From the NCBI GenBank assembly GCA_043228905.1, contig JBHGNT010000179.1, positions 1 to 59,433 of the forward strand: DNA of 59,433 bases. Direction: 5' to 3'. The stretch's first letter is position 1; each line of letters opens with the position of its first letter. The notes under the pieces were generated by a model. The model was not told the origin of the DNA. It was given only the letters and a program-made list of their open reading frames with translations, and ran no database searches. A program made the position numbers and the translations under genes. Shown here in pieces: positions 34,564-47,163 of this stretch. This DNA is from Azolla caroliniana. Taxonomy: Eukaryota > Plantae > Polypodiophyta.

Positions 34564-37554
34564 TCATGCCCGTAACATACTCCCCCTCTTTAAAACATTG
34601 CACTCTTGCAATGGAAAGTTAGGGAAGTTAGTTCTTAGAGTCGTTTCGCGTTCCCATGTGGCATCTTTGATTGATTTATCCATCCATTTTATTTTAAATT
34701 CTCGGATTTCCTTAGCACGTAATTTTTTTGTTTTAACATCGAGAATTCTTTCTGGTACATGTGGTTTAGAAGATAAATCTTCAGAAGTAACCAGAGTTTC
34801 AGTTGTAACTGTATTGTCGCCAGAACCTAGAAGTTCTTTTAGACGACTTACATGAAAGACTGGATGGATTCCAACACCATCGGGAAGAGCGAGACGATAG
34901 GCTGATGATCCAATGCGTTTGAGGACTATAAAAGGTCCACAAAACCGTGGGGCTAACTTAGCGCACTTACCCGTAGACAATGTCTTAGAATTGTGAGGTA
35001 CACGTAAAAATACCTTCTGTCCAGGGCTGAATACACGAGGTTGCCTGTGATGATCGGCATAAAAACACGCTCTATCTTGAGCTGTTTTTATATTATCCCG
35101 TGCAATATGCAACATATCTTGCATATCCCGAAGAAAGTTTTGCGTACTTCGCAACTCATCATGATGTATATTAACATCAATCGGGGCTCGTGGCTGAAAT
35201 CCATACATCAACATAAAAGGACTATATCCCGTCGACGTATGCTTGGAGCTGTTATAAGCAAACTCCAAAATTGGGAGGTAACGTTCCCATTTTGTTGGTT
35301 TTGCACCAACGTATGCTCGAAGCATGTCCTCAATAATTTGATTTACTCGTTCTGTCTGTCCATCGGATTGAGGATGATCCGTGGAGCTCATGCTCAACGT
35401 AGTTTCTAACTTCTTAAAGACTTGCGTCCAGAAGTCACTAGTAAACTTCGGATCTCGGTCACTCACGATATCCATCGGTAACCCGTAAAAACGAAATAAC
35501 TCATCAACGAATTGGTAAGCCAATTCAGGAGCTGTTACCGTGGTTTTAGTAGCAATAAATCTGGCCATTTTAGTTAGTCTGTCAACCACAACCCATATGG
35601 CATCATGACCTTTTTGGGTGCGAGGAAGGCTAACAATAAAATCCATGGATATACTTTCCCACTTATTATTGGGAATGTCCAAGGGATGTAAAAGTCCTGC
35701 GGCTTTAAGTCGCTCGGCTTTGTTAACCTGACATTGGTGACATTTAGTCACATAGCTATGTATGTCAGGACGCATCTTAGGCCAATAAAATTGAGTGGAG
35801 ATGAGAACGAGTGTACGATGTATTCCAGGGTGCCCTGCTGAGGGTGCATCATGGCATTCAAAAAGAATTCTCTTTTTGACCTCAGGTAAATCTGGAACAC
35901 AAACCTTCCCATTACGGTAGAGCAGACCGTTAGCAATGTGGAAGTATTCCTTCGAGGGTGTGGTGGTGTCTGTTCCAGACTCGACTCTTGCCCAGTATTT
36001 TGCAAAATAATTGTCATCAGGATACTTTCCTCGAAGGTGATCATAAAGATCTGATGTTATTTCAGTGAAGCTAAGCATGTTAACTTCACGGATGCGACTT
36101 AGTGCATCAGCGACAGTATTCATGGAACCTTTACGATATCGTATGGAAAAATCAAAGTCCTGGATGAGATCAGCCCATCGTGCCTTACGACCTTTCAGGT
36201 CTTGTTGGTCACAAAAATATTTCAAGGACTCGTGGTCCGTAGTTACCACAAAGCGATTTCCATAAAGGTAATGGCGCCATGTTTTGAGCGCATGTATAAC
36301 CGCAAATAATTCCTTTTCTTGAACGGTATACCGACATTGAGCAGAATCAAGTTTCTTACTCTCGAATGCTATTGGTTTACCATCTTGATACAAGACAGCA
36401 CCTATAGCATAATCGCTTGCGTCGGTTTCAACCTCAAAAGGTTTTGAAGGATCGGGTAAAAGAAGTGAAGGAGCCTTGCATACCAAGTCCTTGAGTTCCT
36501 TAAAGGCGAGGTCTAGTGTAGCATTCCACACAATAGGTTTTGTAGACTTACGCGTTTGACCTTTTAGAAGATCAGTAAACGGCGTTGTCAATTGTGAGTA
36601 ATTACGAAGAGATTTTCGCAGAAATCCGACAAAACCAAGGAATGATCGAACTTCTCGAATATTCCGAAGAGTGGGCCAAAGCTTGATTTTCTCGATGCGA
36701 GAAGGATCAATTTCAACTCCTCGTTCGGTTATGAGATGTCCAAGATAAGTAATTGATTTCTTGAAGAACTCACATTTTGAGATCTTCGCGTAAAATTGTT
36801 TGTCACGCAATATTTGTAAAACAAAGCGGACATGTCTAGCATGTTCTTGTAATGTACGGCTATAAACTAAAATATCATCTAAGAAGATAACGACAAATTT
36901 TCCAAGTTGTTCTCGGAAAATGTCATTCATTTCTTGTTGAAATGTAGCCGGAGCATTGGTCAAACCAAAAGGCATAACCAAAAACTCATAATGGCCGTAG
37001 CGCGTACGAAATGCTGTTTTAGGAACATCGTCCTCACTTATTCGTATTTGATGGTAGCCAGTACGGAGATCAAGTTTCGTAAAATACCGAGCTCCCTGGA
37101 GACGGTCAATTAGATCGTCAGCCCGGGGCAATGGGTACGAATTCTTGATCGTCACTTTATTCAAGCGTCGGTAATTAATACACATACGCCATGTGCCCTC
37201 TTTCTTTTTAACCAAGAGAACTGGTGCACCCCATGGAGATTTACTATAACGTATATAACCCATTCGTAAATAGTCCTTAAGTTGCTTAGCTACCTCATCC
37301 TCTTCAGATCGACTTAGGCGATACGGAGGTATACTAATGGGTGCAATGCCAGGTACAATATCTATACGATGGTCTATATTACGTTTAGGAGGTAAACCAT
37401 CGGGTAGTTCACTCGGAAAAACATCACGAAAATCGTTTACGATTTCATCAAGTTGTTTTTGTTCAAAATATGTTAATTGACCCGAGACATTATCGATATT
37501 GTAAACGTGAATGTCCGGATCAAGTACACAATAAAATAACGTAGAACAAGACAA
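34564..37554 (-). CDS. pol: Element D Pol: RT, RNase H, integrase, chromodomain-like C-terminus
   Basis: 996-aa frame: [29 protein letters not shown] motif, PERILD...FKIKW...DATWE. Confidence 0.95.
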   Translation of the reverse strand: MSCSTLFYCVLDPDIHVYNIDNVSGQLTYFEQKQLDEIVNDFRDVFPSELPDGLPPKRNIDHRIDIVPGIAPISIPPYRLSRSEEDEVAKQLKDYLRMGYIRYSKSPWGAPVLLVKKKEGTWRMCINYRRLNKVTIKNSYPLPRADDLIDRLQGARYFTKLDLRTGYHQIRISEDDVPKTAFRTRYGHYEFLVMPFGLTNAPATFQQEMNDIFREQLGKFVVIFLDDILVYSRTLQEHARHVRFVLQILRDKQFYAKISKCEFFKKSITYLGHLITERGVEIDPSRIEKIKLWPTLRNIREVRSFLGFVGFLRKSLRNYSQLTTPFTDLLKGQTRKSTKPIVWNATLDLAFKELKDLVCKAPSLLLPDPSKPFEVETDASDYAIGAVLYQDGKPIAFESKKLDSAQCRYTVQEKELFAVIHALKTWRHYLYGNRFVVTTDHESLKYFCDQQDLKGRKARWADLIQDFDFSIRYRKGSMNTVADALSRIREVNMLSFTEITSDLYDHLRGKYPDDNYFAKYWARVESGTDTTTPSKEYFHIANGLLYRNGKVCVPDLPEVKKRILFECHDAPSAGHPGIHRTLVLISTQFYWPKMRPDIHSYVTKCHQCQVNKAERLKAAGLLHPLDIPNNKWESISMDFIVSLPRTQKGHDAIWVVVDRLTKMARFIATKTTVTAPELAYQFVDELFRFYGLPMDIVSDRDPKFTSDFWTQVFKKLETTLSMSSTDHPQSDGQTERVNQIIEDMLRAYVGAKPTKWERYLPILEFAYNSSKHTSTGYSPFMLMYGFQPRAPIDVNIHHDELRSTQNFLRDMQDMLHIARDNIKTAQDRACFYADHHRQPRVFSPGQKVFLRVPHNSKTLSTGKCAKLAPRFCGPFIVLKRIGSSAYRLALPDGVGIHPVFHVSRLKELLGSGDNTVTTETLVTSEDLSSKPHVPERILDVKTKKLRAKEIREFKIKWMDKSIKDATWERETTLRTNFPNFPLQECNVLKRGSMLRA

Positions 37555-39088
37555 CTCGGATATTGATGGACACGAGGAAACAATCGAGAGGGATTGTTTT
37601 TTTTACACATTGAATAAAATGCGTACAATCGTTGAGTACAAAAGAAATGGAATGGCGAACCCAATCAATAAATAAAGAAGAGCTTTTATTATAAAACCAG
37701 GGATAACCCAGTATTACATCGGTGGTACTAAGATTCATTACATGGAAGTCTACTTCCTCTATATAGGTATCAATAGAAATTCCTAAAGAATGAATCGCCC
37801 CGTTGATGTGTTGTACTCTTCCATCAGCCAAGTGCACCGTGTAGGTGTGATCACTTACGGTGGGTTGGATTCCCCATATCTGTACCAAACGATCATTCAC
37901 AAAATTGTGTGAGCTTCCCGAATCAAATAAAAATTGTACGGGAGATCCATTGATATACCCGTTTGCACGTAGTAAATCATTGGGACCCAATACATAATGA
38001 GGGAAAGAACATTGACAATTACTCAAATGATGTGTATAGACCTGAAGGACATTAGGAATCTGACCTTTATGGTCTGTAGCTTTAGGTTTGGCGTCGTGCT
38101 CTTTTCGTTGGAGCTTACGACATTGCTCTTTTGTATGACCCTTCTTTTTGCAGAATACGCAAAAAGGATGTTGTCGCTTATTATCGCGATCCATGAATTC
38201 GTTGGGTGTCTTGCGTTTCCCAACGAATTGCGACTGCTTAGTCCCGGGCGCTTCGTTGGGTTTGTTATGGTCCTTCTTCGAAGTGCGTTGATAGCGAAGA
38301 ACTATCTCAACGGCCTCTTCGAAGGATTTTGGATCCTTATCGTGCATTATCCAGTGATAGTCCGAATTGGAGATGCCATTGACAAAACAAGCTATTAACC
38401 AATTGTCCCCTTCTAGACCCGATTTTTGGATTTGGGTTCTAGCATGGTGGACATAGTCTTCTAGCGAGGAAAACTTCCTGCTAGAGAGGTTCATTAAAGC
38501 TTGTGCTGCCTCGGTTCGAGAGGGAGGTTGTAGAAATTGACCCTTGAAAACTGTGACAAAGTCTGTCCAGGTCTCGGGCAATCTCCCCAAAGTTCGGAGC
38601 CCACGCCACCAAGCGGCGGCCTTACCCCCTAGTTCTCGGCCGACATATGCAATCTTCGTACTATCTGGCGTGGGATAGAGCTCAAAATGAGACTCCCATC
38701 GGCCCAGCCACGTGCAGATTGCTTCTTCGGTTCTTTCCTTTTTATCTCCCGTAAATGGCTTTACGACAAATGATGGTTCACCCTGACGCTCATCAGGTCT
38801 ATTAATCTCATTTTGGAGACTAATGACTCGTGCCTCGAGAGCACTTTGAGATTGCCGAAATTCGGTCAACTGCTGCGCGGTTGAACTAAGGAAATGTTGT
38901 ACTTGTAAAATATACGCCTCAATGGACATTGTCCCAGGAGGATTTCCTTGAGGTCTTTCCGCTTGAGCGGAGGGCATCGGGTCGTTATTCTGAGCCATTG
39001 AATGATTATTTCTGGCAAAGAAATAAGATAAGGTCAGACAAATAGTCATAACATCTTGTCGTGGTGTAAACATATCATGGGCAAACAT
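37520..39088 (-). CDS. gag: Element D Gag-protease
   Basis: 522-aa ORF with [14 protein letters not shown] and [10 protein letters not shown]...VILGYPW; out of frame with pol at an A8 run (37597-37604). Confidence 0.9.
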   Translation of the reverse strand: MFAHDMFTPRQDVMTICLTLSYFFARNNHSMAQNNDPMPSAQAERPQGNPPGTMSIEAYILQVQHFLSSTAQQLTEFRQSQSALEARVISLQNEINRPDERQGEPSFVVKPFTGDKKERTEEAICTWLGRWESHFELYPTPDSTKIAYVGRELGGKAAAWWRGLRTLGRLPETWTDFVTVFKGQFLQPPSRTEAAQALMNLSSRKFSSLEDYVHHARTQIQKSGLEGDNWLIACFVNGISNSDYHWIMHDKDPKSFEEAVEIVLRYQRTSKKDHNKPNEAPGTKQSQFVGKRKTPNEFMDRDNKRQHPFCVFCKKKGHTKEQCRKLQRKEHDAKPKATDHKGQIPNVLQVYTHHLSNCQCSFPHYVLGPNDLLRANGYINGSPVQFLFDSGSSHNFVNDRLVQIWGIQPTVSDHTYTVHLADGRVQHINGAIHSLGISIDTYIEEVDFHVMNLSTTDVILGYPWFYNKSSSLFIDWVRHSISFVLNDCTHFIQCVKKTIPLDCFLVSINIRVVLFYVILLCT

Positions 39089-40189
39089 TACTCGATATCA
39101 TGATCTCACGTCAATACCCCTCTAGACGTATGAGATGAGGTTCAAGATCAGGTTACTATGGTAACACAGAGGTGTTTTAAAAACCATGGGGGTGACAAAT
39201 GAATGCCTTTCCCTGATCTCTATATCGATTTTTTTCATGGCGGCTCCCCGAGGCTCAACCATGTATGTTCGCGTCATGAATAGTTTATACACGAAAAAAA
39301 TGTTAACAATAACTATGTTTCTGTGCCCACATATGTGGTTTCGGCTCTTTAAGTCCTATTACGAGGACCCCGAAGTGCACTTAGACCTAAAGTCTAAACA
39401 TGTATTATAGTCATATGTATCAACGATGTTGTATGGTGTTGGTCATATTTGAACTCGAGACCTCGAGGACAAATACATTAAACACTTGAGCCAACCAAGT
39501 AGATTGCGCGTCTTGAATGTTTAATGTTTGAGGCGTATTCGAGATATGCGAGGCATTTGCCCCTATATGTTTTTTTTAAAAGAAACATATAGGTCAAGTG
39601 GCCTTATTTCTCCCTCATTTATTACCCACTATGGTTGTACGCTACCTACCCTCAAGCCTCGTAAGTACAATGGCCTATGCCAAAGTGTAACCTAATGGTC
39701 AAGCCGAATGAGCCCTTGTGTCTTCGTAGGCTCATGTGGCCCATCACATGGTCACGTCATTACGAATGGCGCTCGTAAGAACGAGCTCATGGTGGCATCG
39801 TATCCATGTAACGAGGGGAGATGTTGGATACGTGTGTCATTAGAGCGACCCTACTTGATGTGGATCAAGCCCGACGTATTCAACATCATTTTGGCTATAC
39901 GAGGTTCGTTACGTAACGAAAGATCAAAGTGACCAACGGGAATTTCAACAATAAAAATTGTTGATAAAAGGGATGGTGACAACGCCATTCTCACAAAAAT
40001 GTGAGGACGGCCACCAAAATCCTCTCCCCAATTAGGAAAACATTTGATATGAATCACGTAATCTAAAATATACACATATGTCAATATATCACATATATAC
40101 GATCAGAGACGTATATAAGTGACCACATATGCGTATACTAAATGAATCGTTTTTTTTATATAGCCAACAATGATGTATTCGGGATACGT

Positions 40190-40437
40190 AATCGAGGCAT
40201 ATACCTCTACGCACACGAAACATCCGAAAATAAGGTTAAGCGTAATTCGCAATTGAGGTATTGACCTCTTACGCATAGTAAATCCAACGCATATCATTTC
40301 GAACGAATCGAGGTATTGACCTCGTACGCGAACGTAACATATGTTCGTGAACGTAATACGCAATTGAGGTAGTAACCTCGTACGCATACGACACTCATCA
40401 CATATGATTTATATGTCAAACGAGGTATTGACCTCGT
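40190..40437. repeat. Five spaced copies of a hairpin motif GAGGT-ATTG-ACCTC in the 5' UTR of element D
   Basis: Motif starts at 40194, 40255, 40310, 40366 and 40422 (spacing 55-61 bp). Confidence 0.75.
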
Positions 40438-41161
40438 GGACATATGTAAACGTTTAAGATAACCAATTAAATACCACGTCAACATCATTGAATATATGAA
40501 AAAAAAACTACATATTAAGTATACACATGTATAGAAGGGAGAAGAAAAATTAGATAAAAAATTAAGGAAAATTTACCGAAGTTCTTTCGCTAATCCTTGT
40601 CTGCATGAAGGCGACCGCACAACGATCAATCGCCATCCCACGCGAAGACAAAAAGAAAACCAAAAGAAACGTTAGTACATATTCTCTGATACCAAATATT
40701 AGAGATTAGGTACTAAAGTAAGCATAAAATAAGGATATATCAATGATAGATCTAGAAAGAATAGAGAGAAAAGAGAGAAAGAAGGGTGCCGATCCACCCG
40801 ACCACCCCCGAGCGAAGGGATCGAGACGGACTCGAGCCTCGATCGGCGTCCCATACCACCGCCTTGGCGTCGAGTCGTACCTGGACGATAGCGCGCTTGC
40901 TACAAGAGTCGTTCCACTCACGGACAGAGTCTCGACGTAGTCAATGCATGCCCCAATGAGGGTAGCTAGGCCTCTTATTTATAGTAATTCTCAAGGCCCC
41001 CAGCCATGTTCACACTTGGCCTCATGGGTTGTCTCAATCCCGAGGATTAAAAGTAATCCTCCCCTTCTTTAGACTCTTTGTTTAACCCTCACACTTATCC
41101 ACGTGTATAGAATACTACGACAATTCTCACCACGGGATATTATATGGTCATGCCCGTAACA

Positions 41162-42412
41162 GCACCCAAGGTGTGTAAACCGCACTTGCATCCCCTGGTC
41201 AACGATCTGACCGACTGACACCAGGTTCTTCGTGATAGTCGAAACGTGTAATACGTTCATTAGCTTCCCCCTCTGTCCGACGTGGCTCAAAGGGACTTCT
41301 CTGACATGCACGATTGGGTGAGGAGTGTCGTCTCCGGTTTCGACGACTCCCGGTTGTTCCGGTTTCTCCAAGAAGGAGAACCACTCTTTGTGGCTAGTCA
41401 TGTGATTCGATGCACCAGAATCAACGTACCACACTTCCTCTGATTTGAAAGTGGTCTTCTTCTTCGAGTTAGGATCGTGTTTCATCACCAAGGCTGGCCC
41501 TTTACCAGCTTTCCCGGTTTTGGATCCTCCCGATCCATCTGTATAGTGCGAGTGTTGCTGGTTCTCTCTGTTGGCCTTGCCGGATCCGGATTTATCCGAA
41601 TCGGCGCGCTTCTTCCAGCACTCGCTTTCTCTGTGGCCCTTTCTACCATAGTACTAGCATTCCGTGTCGGCCTTTGCTTGCCAGCCTCCGGCGCCACCTT
41701 GACTCCCCTTGCTTGTGGAGGGTTCGGAACTACTGTCGGCACGTTCTCTATGCCTTCGGTCCTGCTCTTGTTGGCCGCTACCATTGCGGTCCGACCCGCC
41801 TTGTCCACCACGCCCACGGGGCCGATCTGCCTCCGTGTACAACATCCGGTTGTCGATGGGTGCACTTGTTAACGCACCGGCGTGCTTCTCCTCTACAAGG
41901 AGCATCGACTGTAAGTCGAAAAATGACGGTGTATTCTCCCTTGTACAAACCGCCATTTGGAAAGCTCCGAACTTAGACGCTAACCCGCCAAGACAAACCT
42001 GCACCATCTTGTCCTCCTTGACGTTCACGTTGACGGAGGCCAGTGAGTCGCAGATTTCTTTAATCTTGGTGGTGTAGGCAGCCACCAACATATCTCGTTG
42101 TCGTACACTGCTCAAATCTTGCCTGAGTTGAAGCTTCCTGGCTATAATGCTTGTGGCGAAGACCTTTTTCAGATTTGCCCAAGCTTCTTTGGGCATCTTG
42201 GCGTCTCGGATATGGCTCAGTAGCTGGTCTCTGACACTGGATGCAAAGCAATACATCACTCTGCTTGTTGCTTGTTCCCAAATTGGGAAGTCCTTGTGTG
42301 TCACATCAGGTGCTATGTCGTTAGATCTGTCGACATAGCTCCAGTAACCATGCCCAAGCAGGTACTTGTGCATCTTGTAGGACCAAGATGCGTAGTTGTT
42401 TCTGTCGAGCTT
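41162..42412 (-). pseudogene. gag: Copia B gag-protease (degenerate)
   Basis: ORFs 41654..42373 (MHKYLLGHGYWSYV...) and 41069..41491 (WYVDSGASNHMT). Confidence 0.9.
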
Positions 42413-42468
42413 TGTTGGGATTTCGGTCCCTCCGAATGGGATGTTCGGAGATGAATGACGGCAATCCC

Positions 42469-42510
42469 GGTTACGGTTACGGTTACGGTTACGGTTACGG
42501 TTACGGTTAC
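42469..42510 (+). repeat. (GGTTAC)7 in the 5' LTR of C; (GGTTAC)4 in the 3' LTR at 47230-47253
   Basis: Counted directly; accounts for the 18-bp LTR length difference. Confidence 0.95.
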
Positions 42511-43088
42511 GGTCCCGGCTACGGAGCCGGATGATGAAGACCCCGGCTACGGAGCCGGATGATGAATGTACCCGGAGCGAGATCCGGATGCGGGGACATA
42601 TTTGTGAATATGTTTGCCAAGGGCCCTTGAGGCTATATTTGTAAATAGCCCGAAAGTCATATGTGTATAAATATGACTTAGGGCAAACAGTTTTATGTGG
42701 TTGCTACTTATTTTTCTGTTTTTCCACTTAAGAGGAGTGAAGAGTGAGCAGCCGTGAGAGAGAGAGAGATAGAGCGCGAGAGAGGAAGAGGTAGACGCCT
42801 CTGTGTATTTCCGCCGCCTGTGGCGAGGACAGCGAGCTCAAGGTCGTCGCCTTGCAGCTCGCCATTGTATACTTCTCTGTATAGTGTTGGTTTGGAGTCT
42901 TGTACTCCCGTGGTTTTTCCCGTCTAGGGTTTTCCACGTTAATCCCTGTGTGCTCGCGTCTTGTTTCTCCGTGTGGTTCCTATTTTCTGCTCCATTGATT
43001 CGCGCTTACTCGGTTGTGGCCGGAAGGTGAAGGTGAATAGAAGCGTCTATTCCTTACAAACTGGTATCAGAGCGAACTGCTGCAGAAA

Positions 43089-46000
43089 ATGGAAGGCGGC
43101 GGCAGCGGGCAGCCGGGGATGATGGTGCTGAATGCGCAGAATTACGCCGACTGGAAGATCAAGATGGAGGATCTTCTGATTGTTCGGGACCTGTACGAAC
43201 CGATTGACAGGTCGGAAATACCGAAAGGGGTACTTGAGTCGGAATGGAGGCTTCTGAACCGGAAAGCCGTTGCAACCATTCGGCAATACGTAGACGTGAG
43301 CGTTCTACAACATGTGGCGAACGACGTCAACGCATATGAGATGTGGCGGAAGCTGTCGGGCCTCTACGAGAGGAAAAATGCGTTGAACCGGACCTCCCTG
43401 ATGAGGAAGATAGTGAACCTCAAGTACCGGGACGGCGAGAGTATGGTGGAACACGTGAGCACGTTCATGGGATTCGTGAACCAGCTTGCGGCGATCAAGT
43501 TCCCGTTGGAGGATGCAATGCAAGCCATCATCCTGATGTGTACATTGCCGGAAAGCTGGGAGAACTTGGTGGTGACTCTCAGCACCTCCTGCACCGAAGA
43601 TAACTTGTCCTTACAAACGGTAAAGACAAGTATTTTGAACGAAGAAGCGCGTCGGAGAGATAAAGAACCGGCCTCCGACTCGAAGGCGCTGCTTACCGAA
43701 TCGGATCGGGGAAGACAATGGAACCGGAGTCCGCAAAGACGGGAGAAGTCGGGGACCCGGTCGCAGTCAAGAGGAAGGCCCACATGCTTCCACTGTGGGA
43801 AGCCGGGGCACTTCCGGAAGAATTGTCGGCATTACCGAAAAGACAACGGAGCCGACGACACCGATTCGAAGAAGTCACCGGAGAGAAACGGTGCATACCG
43901 GGGAGCCACGGACCGGAGAGGTCCGGATCGGCGAGGGCAGGACCGGAAAGGAACGACGGCACTCGCGGCAAGTGAAGAAGAGATAATGCTCATTACCGAA
44001 GAGAGGGAGCTGAACCTTTCCGGTGTAGAGATGACCTGGGTGGTCGATTCCGGGGCGTCGTTCCACCTGACCCCGGAGAAGAAATACTTCTCATCCTACA
44101 CAACCGGTGAGCACGGCTGTGTCCGGATGGGAAATGAAGGCACATGCCGGATTGCCGGCATAGGAGACGTGTGGCTGATGACATCAACCGGATGCAAGAT
44201 GCTGCTGAAGGATGTTCGACACGTTCCGGAGGTTCGATTGAACCTGATTTCGGCCGGGAGGCTAGACGATGAAGGCTACACAGGTAGCATCCGGAACGGC
44301 GTAATGAAGTTCAGCAAGAGGAGCCTGATAGTGGCTCGGGCCCGGAAAGAGAACACACTGTACCTGATGAATGCCCGGTTGTGTCCGGAAGAGCTGAATG
44401 TGGCAGCCGACACTACCGGTGAGCTGTGGCACAAAAGACTGTGCCACATGAGTGAGAAGGGGATGAAGAGGCTTGCAGAAGACAACCTTATTCCAGTGAA
44501 GCATGTGCACCTGGAGAAGTGCACCGATTGCCTGGCCGGTAAGCAGAACCGAACCTCCTTCCATTCAAGGCCACCGACGAGACGTAGCGCACCATTGGAG
44601 TTGGTGCACACTGATGTGTGTCAGGTAGAAACGAAGTCACATGGTGGAGCCCAGTACTTCGTAACATTCATTGATGATCACAGCCGGAAGCTGTGGACAG
44701 CACCATTGAAGACAAAGGACCAAGTGTTGTGCGTTTTCAAAGAACTCCACGCGAGAGTGGAAAGGGAATCCGGCAAGAAGCTGAAAGCGATACGAGCGGA
44801 TAACGGAGGGGAATACCGGGGGCAGTTCCAGGAGTACTGTCGCTCGAAGGGAATCCGGCTCGAGTTTACTGTGCCGAAGACGCCGGAACTGAACGGGCTG
44901 GCCGAGAGGATGAACCGGACCATAATGGAGAGGGTCCGGAGTATGCTGGCGCATGCGAAATTACCCAAGGGGTTTTGGGCTGAGGCAATGTCGACGGCGA
45001 CATATGTGATAAATAGATCACCCTCAGTACCTTTGGACGGAGACACGCCGCAGAAAGTGTGGACCGGTAAGGAAGTGTCCTACCGGCATCTGAAGGTGTT
45101 CGGGTGTCTCGCATACGTGCATGTGGCAAAGGACCGGAGAGGAAAGCTAGATCCAAAGACCCGGCCATGCATATTCCTCGGTTACGGCGACGATGAGTTC
45201 GGCTACCGAGTATGGGACCCGGTCGACAAGAAGATATTCAGGAGTCGAGACATCATCTTCATGGAGGACAAGACACTCGCCGACTGGGAGTCGGAGAAGA
45301 AGATGAAGAGCTCCAAGTCGACCGGTGAGGATCAACTCTACGAGGAGCAGTCCCGACCGGCAAGGGACCGGTTAGCACTTGAGGATCCGGCCGAAGACGG
45401 TGAAGAAACAGAACCGGCCGAAGAAGATGAAAATGATACCGGAACCGGCCCCGATCCCGAAATGGATTCGGATGAAGAAGAATCGGAAGAACCGGTTACC
45501 GAAGCTCTCGAACGGAGATATCCTCTAAGAGAGAGGAGGGCCCCCTGGAGATTTCCGGATCCAGAGCACGTGCTGCTAACCGACGAGGGGGAGCCGGAGA
45601 GCTTTGAAGAAGCAAAGCATGACACCCAGAGCCGCAGGTGGTTGAGTGCCATGCAGGACGAGATGGATTCCCTGCATGAGAACCACACATATGAACTTGT
45701 GGAGTTGCCGAAAGGAAAGCGGGCACTTCGAAACAAGTGGGTGTTCAAGCTGAAACCGGGAGATGCCGGAAACCCCCCGAGATACAAAGCCAGGATCGTG
45801 GTGAAGGGGTTTCAGCAGAAGAAGGGCGTCGACTTCGACGAGATATTTGCCCCGGTAGTGAAGATGACCTCCATCCGGACGGTGCTGAGCATAGCGGCAA
45901 GCATGGACCTCGAGGTAGAACAGATGGACGTGAAGACGGCATTCCTTCACGGTGACCTCGAAGAAGAGATCTACATGCAGCAACCGGAAGGATTCGAGAA

Positions 46001-47163
46001 GAAAGGGAAGGAGCACCTGGTATGCCGGTTGAAGAAGAGCCTTTACGGACTGAAGCAGGCTCCCCGGCAATGGTACCGGAAGTTCGACTCCTTCATGACC
46101 GACGAAGGGTACCTCAAAACGCAGTCCGACCACTGCGTGTTTGTGAAGAAGTTCGAAGGAGGAGACTTTCTAATACTCCTCCTGTACGTGGACGACATGT
46201 TGATCGTCGGACGGGACCAGGTCAAGATACGGATGCTGAAGAAGGCTCTTCACCGAACCTTCTCAATGAAGGACTTGGGTCCGGCGAGGCAAAATACTAG
46301 GGATGCACATCATCCGGGACCGGAAGAAGAAGCAGTTGTGGCTGTCACAGGAGAAGTACGTGACGAAGGTGCTTCACCGGTTCAACATGTCGGAAGCAAG
46401 ACCGGTCGGATCGACCCTCCCGGCAAACTGCAAACTGTCCAACAAGCAAAGTCCCAAGACAAAGGCTGAAAAGGAGGATATGATGAAAGTGTCGTATGCC
46501 TCAGCCGTCGGGAGCTTGATGTACGCCATGGTGTGTACGAGACCGGACATAGGATATGCAGTCGGAGTGGTGAGCCGGTACATGAGCAATCCCGGCAAAG
46601 AGCATTGGAATGCGGCCAAGTGGATACTCCGATACCTGAAAGGCACGGCAAAAGTGTGCCTCCGATTCGGCTCCGGTAAGCCCGAACTCGACGGCTTCAC
46701 CGATTCGGACATGTCGGCTGATGCAGATACCAGCCGGTCCACATCAGGGTATGTGATGACGTATGCAGGGGGAGCCGTTTCGTGGCAGTCGAGGCTGCAG
46801 AAGACGGTTGCGTTGTCAACCACGGAGGCGGAGTACATGGCAGCTGTTGAAGCCGGCAAGGAAGTAATATGGATGAAGGACTTCATTAGAGAGTTCGGTA
46901 TCCGGCAGGAGGAGTACCGACTCTACTGCGACAGTCAGAGTGCAATCCACCTTGCGAAGAACGCGGCCTATCACTCCCGGACGAAGCACATCCAGCGTAG
47001 ATACCACTGGATCCGGGAAAGGATAGAAGACAAGGACTTCGTGCTGACGAAGATCCACACGGACGAGAACGGGTCGGATATGCTGACCAAGGTACTCACA
47101 CCCGACAAGCTGGAAGCATGCCGGAAGAGGATCGGATTGGAGAGACATCCCATGCCGAAGTGA
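43089..47163 (+). CDS. Copia C Gag-Pol polyprotein (gag, PR, INT, RT, RH) with a single frameshift at ~46291
   Basis: ORFs 43089..46469 and 46303..47163; CFHCGKPGHFRKNC, WVVDSGAS, YVDD, ALSTTEAEY; removing one A from caaaata restores ARQILGMHI. Confidence 0.93.

Larger units (their letters stand above)
34113..41161 (-). mobile_element. Full-length young Ty3/gypsy chromovirus, element D
   Basis: 465-bp LTRs 34113-34577 and 40697-41161 with no difference seen; TSD GCACC; iMet PBS (ctctgatacca, 40684-40694); PPT at ~34580-34592. Confidence 0.97.

Noticed and set aside
40190-40437. True CRISPR array
   Set aside because: Repeats are imperfect, spacers 1 and 3 are related (cgtaat[t/a]cgcaatt), and there are no cas genes; kept only as a hairpin-repeat finding
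42469-42510. Interstitial telomeric repeat
   Set aside because: The unit GGTTAC is not TTTAGGG or TTAGGG and is part of both LTRs of element C
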